Notes under the pieces: model-generated
The model's database searches: none
What the model was told of the DNA's origin: nothing
What the model saw: the letters and a program-made list of their open reading frames with translations, nothing else
Source: an uncultured Clostridia bacterium
Lineage (GTDB): Bacteria > Bacillota > Clostridia > TANB77 > CAG-508
DNA: 64,000 bases
NCBI GenBank assembly: GCA_947627185.1
Contig: CANQVF010000007.1
Coordinates: forward strand, 14,846 to 78,845
Direction of reading: 5' to 3'
Made by a program: the position numbers and the translations under genes
Part shown: positions 40,901 through 49,768 of the stretch, piece by piece
Numbering within the stretch: position 1 is the first letter of the stretch
Layout: every line of letters starts with the position of its first letter

Positions 40901-42937
40901 TATTGAAGATTTTATTTTTAGTTTTCTCATAATAAAAATTAATAAAATTACTATTAAAATTGCAATTGATATAAGTCCTTTTTGTAAATATTCAGAATTA
41001 TCATGATTTACATAAGCTTTATTAATTATAGAATTATCATTAGATTTTTGTCTTAATAAAACACTTCTAAATGCATTTTCATCTTTCTCATCTAAAGCCA
41101 TTGCATATACATCAGCAGCTGTAATTTCATCAGATAACTTAATATCTTGAAGAGCTAATTTTAAATTATCAATAGATAAATCATTTTCCGCTAAATTTAA
41201 TATTGCTTCATCTAAAATACTAACTAATAATGCTGAATCAACACTATTATTATTTGCATCTTTTGTTTTAAAATCAATATTTAATGTGTCACCTGGCTTG
41301 TACTCATTTTTATCTGTTTTTATATCTATATTTAATTTTTGACTTGGTTTTATAAAAATAGTTTTTTTGCTATTTTTTGATGCATTATTATTTGATTTTG
41401 CATATATATCAATAATTCCTGTAACATTTTCTAAATTAAAATCTATTGTATCATCTTGAGGGGCAATTACTTTTAATAATTGATTATCTTTAAAAACATA
41501 CAAAGTTGCAGAACTAGTATCATTTTCTGATTTTAAACTTACTGATATATCTTCTCCTTCATTATATTTTAATTTATTAGTTTTAATAACAGGATAAGTA
41601 TTGTATGAAATTGTAATTGGTTTTGTATCTGTTACTGTATTTTCATTTATATCTTTAGATGTTATAGTTACTATATTTTTATCAATACCTGTAAGTAAAG
41701 CTTCTGTTTCTGATGATGTTATAGTAAATTTACCAACACCATTTTCATCTGAAATTACTTGTTTATTTATTTTTCCAATTGAGATATCTGAATATGTTTT
41801 AACTGGTTTTCCGTTTCCATCCTTTGTTATTACATATACATCATTTTCTATTCCTTTAATTATTTCTTCATATTCTGGTAAAATTTCTATTTCAAAAATA
41901 TTTTTAGTTATTGATATTGTTTTTTGTGCTTCTATCATATAGTTTGAAGAATCTGTTACAGAACAATTAATTTCTACTTTTCCATTTTCTTCACAAACAT
42001 GCTGTAAATTAAATTCTCCAGACTCATTTGTTAAACCAGCTATTTCTTTTCCATTAATAGTTCCTTTAATTTCTGCTCCTTTTACTGGTTCTCCGAAAAA
42101 ATATTTAGCAGATATTGTTATATTAGCAGTTTCACCAATTAAATAATTATCCTTATCTGTATTTATTGTTGCTTCAAATTGTGGTGTTATATAAGGATTT
42201 ACTGTAAAATTTTTTGTTTTTTCTTGTGCTTCTGTAGAAACTGTAATTTTATATGTACCACTATTTACTTCATCTGCTAATTTAAAGTTTCCTGAAATAA
42301 TTCCATATTCAGATGTTTCAACTTTATTTGTGTATACTTTATTATCATTTCCATCATAAATATAAATTGATACTTCTTGCTTAATAGGAGTATTATCCTT
42401 TTTAGATAATACTAATGCTCTAAAATTAACTTCATCACCTGGTTTATATATTCCTTTATCTAATGTGATTACAATATTTGAATTTGTAGCATTTATTATA
42501 TTAATTGGCATTTCAAAAGAATCTTTATAAAATCCTGACTTTGCTGTTACTTTTAAATTATATGATCCTGTTTCAAGATTTTCTGGTATAGGAATATTAA
42601 AATCAGCAAATTTACCTTTTTCTATATTTATTTTTTCTTGAACATCTTTTACTTTTTTATTTTCTTGATTATAAAGTTCAATTTTACAATTACTATCAAC
42701 AGATTTATAGTTTTCTTCTATATCTGCTAACGTTTCATTATCTATTATTTTTCTAACATTTACTGCTCCTGAAATATTAGAATCAGTATAATAAGTATTG
42801 TTAGTTTTTAATGATATTTTCAATTTTCCTGTTTTAAAAAAACAAATAAAATTATAAATTGAAAAAACTAAAATTGAAACTATTATTATACAAGTTAAAA
42901 CTTTAATCACTTTTTTTCTAGTCATAATAACCCCCAT
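37913..42937 (-). CDS. alpha-2-macroglobulin family protein with an internal polytopic transmembrane module
   Basis: 1674 aa. N-terminal anchor, multiple MG/Ig-like repeats, thioester-type motif MPTGCFEQT, then TED-like and C-terminal receptor-binding-like regions. Where the bait region would normally sit (~aa 640-900) there is a cluster of ~8 TM helices and an S/T/acidic linker. Confidence 0.75.
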   Translation of the reverse strand: MGVIMTRKKVIKVLTCIIIVSILVFSIYNFICFFKTGKLKISLKTNNTYYTDSNISGAVNVRKIIDNETLADIEENYKSVDSNCKIELYNQENKKVKDVQEKINIEKGKFADFNIPIPENLETGSYNLKVTAKSGFYKDSFEMPINIINATNSNIVITLDKGIYKPGDEVNFRALVLSKKDNTPIKQEVSIYIYDGNDNKVYTNKVETSEYGIISGNFKLADEVNSGTYKITVSTEAQEKTKNFTVNPYITPQFEATINTDKDNYLIGETANITISAKYFFGEPVKGAEIKGTINGKEIAGLTNESGEFNLQHVCEENGKVEINCSVTDSSNYMIEAQKTISITKNIFEIEILPEYEEIIKGIENDVYVITKDGNGKPVKTYSDISIGKINKQVISDENGVGKFTITSSETEALLTGIDKNIVTITSKDINENTVTDTKPITISYNTYPVIKTNKLKYNEGEDISVSLKSENDTSSATLYVFKDNQLLKVIAPQDDTIDFNLENVTGIIDIYAKSNNNASKNSKKTIFIKPSQKLNIDIKTDKNEYKPGDTLNIDFKTKDANNNSVDSALLVSILDEAILNLAENDLSIDNLKLALQDIKLSDEITAADVYAMALDEKDENAFRSVLLRQKSNDNSIINKAYVNHDNSEYLQKGLISIAILIVILLIFIMRKLKIKSSIIKTIFNVFAVFLVLSIYLDSFLYEIMYNVSTIIILFIEMVIAIAIYALALYKERDFVFSIVKDLLIIPLIFIFVISALLELLVYYDKIDVDNIANIFLVIFGILILIYIFLIVRLRQQKLGKKLTIVKDILDSLAKAVIFWVATSLVSEIVGPYIGFIIVLCVYILFRKFVFRETKTKLENGKIILNISVNDLISIIIAILALLILIIFSIYIFNNSAQVEVEDSIGSLSRGSVSTDTYDNDFETWGDIDTTYFSTATSSADESKSTTSKIESTIDALTSSNKKQENVQKQDVVKQEKEIEIEKQTETEENVRNVFLESLAFIPELIANDGNAQFNTKISDNITTWNIQAVGNSKDGSVGYNSQTFKVFQELFIDFTLPNNSVVTDKTSIPVTLYNYTDHELSFSINVKENDWCKIGDYSKNINVNSNATQMIYIPIEIIKAGENTLRIEAKAGEITDVVEKSMNVNVNGLEKEEVALSGIIDEDYEQDLIFDDDAIDGTKKIKVKLYPSSITEVMENMDSMLRMPTGCFEQTSSSLYPDILILEYLRKNNINNQIIEEKALNYISKGYQKLLTYEVRDEKGGYSLYGYSPAEPVITAFGLMEMNELSKVYDVDEKVIENMQNYLFKKQKSNGSFEIGSTYIGGTESSDNLAMNAYIAWALSEACPEDKRIEKTVNYLEKKLDDISDTYTLALMANVYANIDEKDKAKDIIKELLEKVTIDNTNTYLVYKSVDYYGTRGRYQNVQTTALTSMALTKLKENDKTNNSFIEYLKENKDIRGTWGTTQSTILALKAINMYEQDTKLKEQTLTVSLNGEEKEVQIKEDNLDIYEFEFDNVSVENKIKLGVKKGKINYEIIKEYYQDYSKLENDNKISISQTITTNAKVNDIISQNITILNNNIDIENGLLQINIPQGCSVEEDSLLQLKHLGIIEKYEYNYERINIYVRNFKEQDSISISINYRALYPETITGASMRFYDYYNPDVEAICNPVGIAVTQ

Positions 42938-43043
42938 TTTTTTATTTTATAATAATATTTTACAAATAATATATTTTTTTTACAATATATTTATTTATTA
43001 TTTTTTATTTTTATTTTTAATATAAAATCTATTTTGGATTAAA

Positions 43044-43075
43044 AAAACACTTATCAAATGATAAGTGTTTTTTAT
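43044..43075. terminator. bidirectional hairpin terminator
   Basis: aaaaaacacttatcaaatgataagtgtttttt. Confidence 0.55.
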
Positions 43076-43127
43076 CCAAATATTATTCATTTTAATAATT
43101 TAATCATAAGTTTTTATACTAACTTTT

Positions 43128-43409
43128 CTAATTCTTTTTAAATTTTGCAAATATATTTATTTCTTTAAAGAAGAAATCATGTAATTCTGGAAATTTAATT
43201 TCTTGAAATAAAAAATCATGAACTTCTGTTAAAACTTTTTCTTCATGTGCAGTTAATTCCAAAACTATAGGCTTATTCCAATCAATCTCTTTAAATAATA
43301 AGCTTTTCATTTTACTCCACATATTAACTACTGCTGGTAAATTACCTGCTTCTGATGTTTCTGCTAATTTATATTCTTTCATTGATTTTTCCTCCTTAGT
43401 ATAATACAA
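43128..43409 (-). CDS. hypothetical 93-aa protein with an internal HDFLFQEI/HDFFFKEI duplication
   Basis: ORF with RBS (aaggaggaaaaatcaATG); no known motif. Confidence 0.4.
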   Translation of the reverse strand: MYYTKEEKSMKEYKLAETSEAGNLPAVVNMWSKMKSLLFKEIDWNKPIVLELTAHEEKVLTEVHDFLFQEIKFPELHDFFFKEINIFAKFKKN

Positions 43410-43494
43410 TACCTTATTATATTTATACTATATGAAAGCTTATTTATCAATATTTTTTGAGTTAAGTTTTTATTAAATTTTAATTACTAAAATA

Positions 43495-44801
43495 TTACAT
43501 TTTTTCTGCTATTAAATTTAAATTTTCTCTTTCTTTAATTTTTACTTTTAATATTTCATTTGAAATATTAACTTTACTTTCTACTTTTACCATAAGATAA
43601 TTAGAGGTATGTCCTTTATAATATTTTCCATCTTTTTCTTCAAATAACACTCTTTCTTCTTTTCCAATATATGAATCTAAGTATTTTTTTTCATTTTCAT
43701 CAGATAATTCTAATAATTTTTTACTTCTTTCTTCTTTTATTTCTCCTGAAATTTGATTTTTCATTAACTCAGCCTTTGTTCCTTTTCTTGGAGAATATTT
43801 GAAAATATGCATTTTATAAAAATTTATTTTTCTTAAAAAATTATATGTTTCTTCAAATTCATCAATTGATTCATCTGGAAATCCAACTATTATATCTGTT
43901 GTTAAAATTACATCATTATAAGCTTTTCTTAATCTATTTACTATTACTTCAAATTCTTCTACACTATATCTTCTATTCATTCTTTTTAATGTTCTATTTG
44001 AACCACTTTGAAGCGATAAATGAAAATGATGACATATTTTATCTAACTTTGTAATTCTTTCTATAAAATTTTCTGTTATTAATAATGGCTCTATTGAACC
44101 GAAGTCTTATTCTTTCAATTCCATCAATTTTATTTATTTCTTCTAATAAATCAATAAGTTCGTATTTTTTTTCAAAATCCTTGCCATAAGAGGCTACATG
44201 AATTCCAGTTATTACTACTTCTTTTATTCCATTTTTAGAAATTTCTTTTATTTCTTTTAAAATATTTTCTGGTTTTCTACTTCTAACTCTTCCTCTTGCA
44301 TATGGAATAATACAATACGTACAAAATCTATCACAACCATCTTGAACTTTTATAACAGCTCTAGTCTTTTCAGTATATGTTACACTGCCAAAATCTCCGT
44401 ATTCTTTATTATACATAACATCTTCTAATTTTATATTTGTTTTTTTAAATTCAATAGCTTGTTCAACATATTTTAAAATATTTGTTTTTTCATTTGTTCC
44501 TAAACATAAATCAATTTCATCAATTTTTTCTATTTCTTCTTTTGCAACTTGCACATAACATCCTACAGCAACAACTATTGAGTCTGGATTATTTTTTTTT
44601 GCTTGTCTTAATATCTGTCTAGACTTTCTATCAGACATATTTGTAACCGTACATGTATTTATTATGTAAATATCTGCTTTTTCTTCAAATTCAACTATTT
44701 TATAACCAGCATTTTTAAAAATTTGTATCATTCCATTTGTTTCATATTGATTTACTTTACAACCGTAAAGTATAAAAAGCTACTCTTTTTATATTATTCA
44801 T
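43495..44801 (-). pseudogene. mtaB: radical-SAM methylthiotransferase (MtaB/MiaB family) disrupted by two +1 frameshifts
   Basis: Three frames joined: MNNIKRVAFYTL | GCKVNQYETNGMIQIFKNAGY...CxxxC/radical SAM CDRFCTYCIIP...IERIRL | GSIEPLLITENFIERITKLDKICHHFHLSLQSGSNRTLKRMNRRY...TRAM domain. The extra C falls before GG at coding-strand ttaCggt (plus ~44765) and cttCggt (plus ~44101). Confidence 0.7.
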
Positions 44802-44895
44802 TTTCACATTTCCTTATTATATTATTTATTACATTAAAATACTCACATATTTTAATGTGAGTATTTTAATGTATAAGTATATTGGGATTTTATTA

Positions 44896-45891
44896 TTATT
44901 TTCTCATTCTATCCATACTGTCTAAATTATCTAATGCTTTACCTGTTCCTTTAGCAACACAAGAAATTGAATCTTCAGCAATCATAACATTTATTCCTGT
45001 TTTTTCTTGCAATAATCTATCTAAACCATCTACCAAACATCCGCCACCTGTCATATAAATGCCTTTATCACTAATATCAGCTACAAGTTCTGGTGGTGTT
45101 TTTTCTAATACAGAATGAACAGCATCAACAATAAGCATAGCTGGTTCTTCTAGAGCTTCCATAAGTTCACTAGAATATATAGTAATTGTTTTTGGAAGTC
45201 CTGTAATTAAATCTCTTCCTCTAACATCCATTTCCATATCTTGTATTTTAGGAAAAACGCATCCAATTTGTTGTTTTAATTCTTCGGCAGTTCTTTCTCC
45301 AATCATAACATTATGTCTTTTTTTAATATATTTTACAATATATTCATCAAATTTATCTCCTGCTATTTTTATAGAAGAACTAACAACAGATCCTCCTAAA
45401 GAAATAACAGCAATATCTGTAGTTCCACCACCAATATCTACAATCATGTTTCCACAAGGTTTTGATATATCTATTCCTGCTCCAATTGCTGCAGCAATTG
45501 GTTCTTCAATTAAATATACTTTTCTTGCTCCTGCATTTGAAGCAGCATCTATAACTGCTTTTTTTTCTACTTCTGTAATTTGAGAAGGAATACATATCAT
45601 TATTCTAGGAGCAAATAAAAATCTTCCTCCTATTTTTCCAATAAAATATTTTAACATTTTTTCTGTAACAGTATAATCTGAAATTACACCATCTCTTAAA
45701 GGTCTGATTGCTACAATATTTCCTGGGGTTCTTCCTAACATTCTTCTAGCTTCATGTCCAACAGCTAGAACTTCTCCTGTTAAGTTGTTTACAGCTACTA
45801 CTGATGGCTCTCTTAATACAATTCCTTTTCCTTTTATATATGCAATTACAGTAGCAGTTCCTAAATCAATTCCGATATCTTGTCCAAACAT
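44896..45891 (-). CDS. mreB: rod-shape-determining actin homolog MreB/Mbl
   Basis: MFGQDIGIDLGTATVIAY..., nucleotide-binding motifs DIGGGTTD and GGG. Start placed at ATG 45891 (RBS AAGGGAGAG) rather than the upstream in-frame ATG. Confidence 0.85.
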   Translation of the reverse strand: MFGQDIGIDLGTATVIAYIKGKGIVLREPSVVAVNNLTGEVLAVGHEARRMLGRTPGNIVAIRPLRDGVISDYTVTEKMLKYFIGKIGGRFLFAPRIMICIPSQITEVEKKAVIDAASNAGARKVYLIEEPIAAAIGAGIDISKPCGNMIVDIGGGTTDIAVISLGGSVVSSSIKIAGDKFDEYIVKYIKKRHNVMIGERTAEELKQQIGCVFPKIQDMEMDVRGRDLITGLPKTITIYSSELMEALEEPAMLIVDAVHSVLEKTPPELVADISDKGIYMTGGGCLVDGLDRLLQEKTGINVMIAEDSISCVAKGTGKALDNLDSMDRMRK

Positions 45892-46192
45892 CAACAATCT
45901 CTCCCTTAACAAAAAAAATAGCAAAATTTACTTAAGTTACATTACATTTGCATTACGATTATATTACATTTTTAAATATTTATCAATACTTTTCTAGCAA
46001 TTTATGGTTTTTTTAATTTATTTCATAAATAATAAATTTGTATTTATAACATTTTTTATAAAAAGCACTTTTACTTTTCATTATATGTATAAATCAGCTT
46101 ATATTATTCTTTTTTGACAAAAGATTATTGTAATAAAAAATACTCTATGCTATAATAACTTTGTTAGTAGAATAATAGGAGTGTAAAATAAA

Positions 46193-47128
46193 ATGGAAAA
46201 AATATCAATATTAATACCTTGCTACAATGAGGAAAAAGCATTACCTTTATTTTATGATGAATTAATCAAAAATATAAAAAAATTTCCTCAAAATGTGGAA
46301 TTTGAAATTCTTTTTATAAATGATGGTTCTAAAGATAATACATTAAACATTATAAAAGAATTAAAAAATAAAAATAATCAAATTCAATATATTTCTTTTT
46401 CTAGAAATTTTGGTAAAGAAGCAGCAATTTTTGCAGGTCTTGAGAATGCAACTGGTGATTATATAACACTTATGGATGCAGATCTTCAAGATCCACCTTC
46501 TCTTCTATTAGAAATGTATAATTATGTATCAAAAGAAAATTATGATGCTGTTGGTACTAGACGTGTTAATAGAAAAGGTGAACCAGTTGTAAGAAGCTTT
46601 TTTTCTAAATTATTTTACAAATTAATAAATAAAATGACAAGTTTTGAAATGGTAGATGGTGCTAGAGATTTCGTTTTTATGAAAAGAAACGTTTTAGAAG
46701 CAATAATTTCTTTAAAAGAATATAATCGATATTCAAAAGGTTTGTTTAGTTTTGTTGGATTTAATGTAAAATGGATAGAATATAAAAATATTCCAAGAGT
46801 TGCTGGAAAAACAAAATGGTCTTTTTGGAAATTAACAAAATATGCTTTAGAGGGAATCACCGCTTTTTCAACAGCACCTTTAATATTATCTTCTATTATT
46901 GGTTTATTTTTTTGTGTAGTATCTTTTTTGTTAATTATTGCTATTATATTCAAAACTTTAATATTAGGAGATCCTACTAGTGGCTGGCCTTCACTTGTTT
47001 GTATTATATTTATGGTAAGTGGTATTCAGCTTTTCTCTCTTGGAATTATTGGTCAATATTTATCAAAAACCTATTTAGAAGTTAAACAAAGACCTATTTA
47101 TATTGTAAAAGAAAAAAGTATTAAATAG
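46193..47128 (+). CDS. family-2 glycosyltransferase, GtrB/CsbB-like polyprenyl-phosphate glycosyltransferase with two C-terminal TM helices
   Basis: ISILIPCYNEE, DGSKDNT, TLMDADLQDPP (DxD) and the C-terminal TM pair typical of GtrB-type enzymes. Confidence 0.75.
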   Translation: MEKISILIPCYNEEKALPLFYDELIKNIKKFPQNVEFEILFINDGSKDNTLNIIKELKNKNNQIQYISFSRNFGKEAAIFAGLENATGDYITLMDADLQDPPSLLLEMYNYVSKENYDAVGTRRVNRKGEPVVRSFFSKLFYKLINKMTSFEMVDGARDFVFMKRNVLEAIISLKEYNRYSKGLFSFVGFNVKWIEYKNIPRVAGKTKWSFWKLTKYALEGITAFSTAPLILSSIIGLFFCVVSFLLIIAIIFKTLILGDPTSGWPSLVCIIFMVSGIQLFSLGIIGQYLSKTYLEVKQRPIYIVKEKSIK

Positions 47129-47139
47129 ACTATAAAAAG

Positions 47140-47172
47140 TAGAATATATTTATTCTACTTTTTATTTATTCA
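47140..47172. terminator. bidirectional terminator
   Basis: aaaaagtagaatatatttattctacttttt. Confidence 0.55.
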
Positions 47173-47250
47173 AAATACACTTTTATAAAATATATATTAA
47201 AGCATATTTTTAATTCTATAAATTATGTTTCAATTTAAAAATATAATTTC

Positions 47251-47676
47251 CTATAAAATATTTTTTAATCTTAATTTTTCTTTTTCAGCAAAATGATTTA
47301 ACCAATATTTAAACTCTGTTAAATTTTCTAAAGCAATACTATATTCTTCATTTTTAATATTTTCCTCTAAAACAACAATACTTTTAGTTATTTTTTCAAG
47401 TTCATTATGCTCTACAAACATAGATAATTTATCTTCTTCTTTATACCAATCATTTCTTAATTTTTCTATTTTTTCATTTAAATCATCTTTTTCTTCATTT
47501 TTTAATTCATTATTTTCTTTTTTTTGCATAAAATAATATAAACTATCTTTAATAGGAGTAATTTCGCTTGATATATTTTTTACACTTTTTTCAGAAAAAG
47601 AACTTGTTATAAATTCTAATAATCCAATTCCAATAATAATTGATATTAATAAAATAATTTCTTTTTTAAATTTCAT
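47251..47676 (-). CDS. small membrane-anchored coiled-coil protein, DUF4363-like by its context next to DUF421
   Basis: N-terminal TM; start overlaps the stop of the DUF421 gene (47676/47677). Confidence 0.4.
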   Translation of the reverse strand: MKFKKEIILLISIIIGIGLLEFITSSFSEKSVKNISSEITPIKDSLYYFMQKKENNELKNEEKDDLNEKIEKLRNDWYKEEDKLSMFVEHNELEKITKSIVVLEENIKNEEYSIALENLTEFKYWLNHFAEKEKLRLKNIL

Positions 47677-48363
47677 TTATTTTTCTTCTTTCTTTTGACA
47701 AAAAATACTTTGATCACCATTTAAAACAGCAATCAAGGCTTCTTCTGGTTTCATATTAAACTTACCTATTTCCTGTTCTAACCAATTATAGTCTTTTCCT
47801 AATTTATCTAAATTATCTGTCATTATTTTTCCATCAATAACTAAATCATAAGCAATTCCTTCGTATGGAACTTGCATATTAAAATCTTCTGGTTTTAATG
47901 CTCTTTTTTCTGGCTTTTGCACAACACTAATTTGACCACTAGTTTCTAATATTGCAAATTCTACATCTCCAATGTTATTTATATTATTTACTCTTAATCT
48001 TTCTTGCAACTCATTAATAGTAAAATTCTCTTTAATTAAAGCCTTTTCATCTATTTTTCCTCTATAAATTAAAATTCTTGGCTTTCCACAAATAATTTCT
48101 CTTATTTTTATACTTTTTAAATTCAATAAAGAAATTATTACATGAATAAATAATAAACCAAAAATTGGTATAATCCCATATAATATTGGAATTCCTATTT
48201 CTGCCATTGGTGTAGCTGCTAAATCAGCAATCATTATTGCAATAACAAGTTCAAATGGTTGCATTTGTCCAATTTCTCTTTTTCCCATAAATCTCATTAC
48301 AAATAATACCAAAATATATATAATTACAGTTCTAACAAATATAAGTATCATATTAAACCTCAA
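47677..48363 (-). CDS. DUF421 (YetF-like) membrane protein
   Basis: MRFMGKREIGQMQPFELVIAIMIADLA and C-terminal GKIDEKALIKENFTINELQERLR match the YetF N/C domains. Confidence 0.6.
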   Translation of the reverse strand: MRFNMILIFVRTVIIYILVLFVMRFMGKREIGQMQPFELVIAIMIADLAATPMAEIGIPILYGIIPIFGLLFIHVIISLLNLKSIKIREIICGKPRILIYRGKIDEKALIKENFTINELQERLRVNNINNIGDVEFAILETSGQISVVQKPEKRALKPEDFNMQVPYEGIAYDLVIDGKIMTDNLDKLGKDYNWLEQEIGKFNMKPEEALIAVLNGDQSIFCQKKEEK

Positions 48364-48488
48364 AAATACAAATTTTATATGAATATTTTTTGCAAAAATT
48401 ATTAAAATATACTTATATTTATTTATAAATTTAAATTATTTTTTATTTTTATAAATAAATATACTTTTGAAGCAAGGAGGTTTGTAAA

Positions 48489-48866
48489 ATGGATAACAAT
48501 AACTCAAATGCACAATCTAATAGCACAATGGGTACTGTAGGTCAAATAATTGGAAGATTTATAGTTGCTGCCATTATTTTAGGAATCACTGCTTTTTTTA
48601 CACCTGGTTTTTCTATTAATAATATTTGGGCATTAGGAATTTCTGCTATCGTTTTAACAGTTATGGATTATCTTATAATAAAATTTACTGGTTTACATGC
48701 TATGGCATTTGGAAAAGGATTTGTAGGATTTGTACTTGCAGTAGTAATCTTATATGCAACACAATTCTTCGTATCTGGATATTCTATATCTTGGATGGCT
48801 GCTATAATTGGTGCCTTAATTTATGGTGTAATTGATTATATTATGCCTGGCGAACAAGGTATGTAA
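48489..48866 (+). CDS. phage_holin_4_2 (YvlD-like) four-TM family membrane protein
   Basis: RBS aaggaggtttgtaaaATG; IVAAIILGITAFFTPGFSINNIWALGISAIVLTVMD resembles YvlD-type holin-like proteins. Confidence 0.45.
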   Translation: MDNNNSNAQSNSTMGTVGQIIGRFIVAAIILGITAFFTPGFSINNIWALGISAIVLTVMDYLIIKFTGLHAMAFGKGFVGFVLAVVILYATQFFVSGYSISWMAAIIGALIYGVIDYIMPGEQGM

Positions 48867-48880
48867 TAATTAAAATACAA

Positions 48881-48922
48881 TTGACTTATTAATAATTTTT
48901 TATTAAATTATTAATGAGTCAA
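48881..48922. terminator. AT-rich perfect palindrome (TTGACTTATTAATAATT-N8-AATTATTAATGAGTCAA), terminator or operator
   Basis: Read directly; followed by a T-rich tract. Confidence 0.4.
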
Positions 48923-48937
48923 TTTATTTTTAATTTT

Positions 48938-48968
48938 TTTGTCGATTTTTGTCACTTTTTGTCATCCT
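48938..48968 (+). promoter_or_regulatory. three 10-bp-phased TGTC(G/A)NN repeats resembling Spo0A '0A boxes' upstream of a Spo0A-C-domain gene
   Basis: ttTGTCGATttTTGTCACTttTTGTCATCc; 0A box consensus is TGTCGAA. Confidence 0.35.
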
Positions 48969-49001
48969 GAATTGTTTATATATATGAAGGGGTGTGTTTT
49001 T

Positions 49002-49697
49002 ATGTTAAAAGTTTTAATTATTAGTAAACAAACTGAAACTGCAAAAAAAATTATTAACAATATTTTAATAAGTCTTGATAACTTAAAAGTTATGGGAATT
49101 GCTAATAACTTAGAAGAAGCTAAAGAATTAATACCTAAGTTCACAGTAGATTTAATTATTACAACTAATAATATTAATTTAGAAAATTTTATTAAAGAAA
49201 ATTTTTTCTCATATAAACCTAAATTAGTTATTATTTCAAATTTAAAAAATTCAGAAAGCACTTCAAGAAATACATTAATTGTAAATCACAATTTAAGTTT
49301 TTCTGAAATTTCAAAAAAAATTTCAATTTTTATCAACACAAAAATTGGTAAATCAAAAAAAGAAAAAGCTATAAATCTACTTAAAAAATTTGGTTTTGAT
49401 TTTAAACTTTCTGGAACAAATTATTTATTAGATGCCATTATGTTTAATGTATCATATAATGAATCTTTTGGATTTGAAAAATTAGTAAAAGATACTTATG
49501 CTGAAGTTGCAAAAATGAATAATACTAGAAGTGATTTAGTAAAATGGGCTATTACTCGTTCAATTAATTATATGCATTCTAGGCATACAAAAGAAAGTTA
49601 CATATTTGTAGAAGAATTTTTTAATATCAAATATCCAGAAAGACCAACCCCAAAAACTATTATTAATTTAGTTTCAAATACTTTAAATTTAAATTAA
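49002..49697 (+). CDS. Spo0A C-terminal-domain protein with a degenerate N-terminal receiver-like domain (Spo0A paralog)
   Basis: C-terminal FGFDFKLSGTNYLLDAIMFNV...KLVKDTYAEVAKMNNTRSDLVKWAITRSINYMHSRHT parallels Spo0A_C (ELGVPAHIKGYLYLREAI...[30 protein letters not shown]). The ORF-track start at 48939 is a TTG lying within the repeat region; ATG 49002 with a GGGGTG RBS is more plausible. Confidence 0.55.
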   Translation: MLKVLIISKQTETAKKIINNILISLDNLKVMGIANNLEEAKELIPKFTVDLIITTNNINLENFIKENFFSYKPKLVIISNLKNSESTSRNTLIVNHNLSFSEISKKISIFINTKIGKSKKEKAINLLKKFGFDFKLSGTNYLLDAIMFNVSYNESFGFEKLVKDTYAEVAKMNNTRSDLVKWAITRSINYMHSRHTKESYIFVEEFFNIKYPERPTPKTIINLVSNTLNLN

Positions 49698-49704
49698 AAT
49701 ATTA

Positions 49705-49765
49705 ACCAAAAAAGCAGTTTCAAAAAAATAAAAAGTTGCTAAAATAAAATTTAGCAACTTTTTAT
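49705..49765. terminator. bidirectional terminator between the spo0A-like gene and ileS
   Basis: aaaaagttgctaaaataaaatttagcaactttttatttt. Confidence 0.6.
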
Positions 49766-49768
49766 TTT

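Noticed and set aside
48626-48835. 69-aa C/W-rich plus-strand ORF
   Set aside because: Alternative frame inside the holin-like gene 48489..48866; the main frame has an RBS and a coherent 4-TM pattern.
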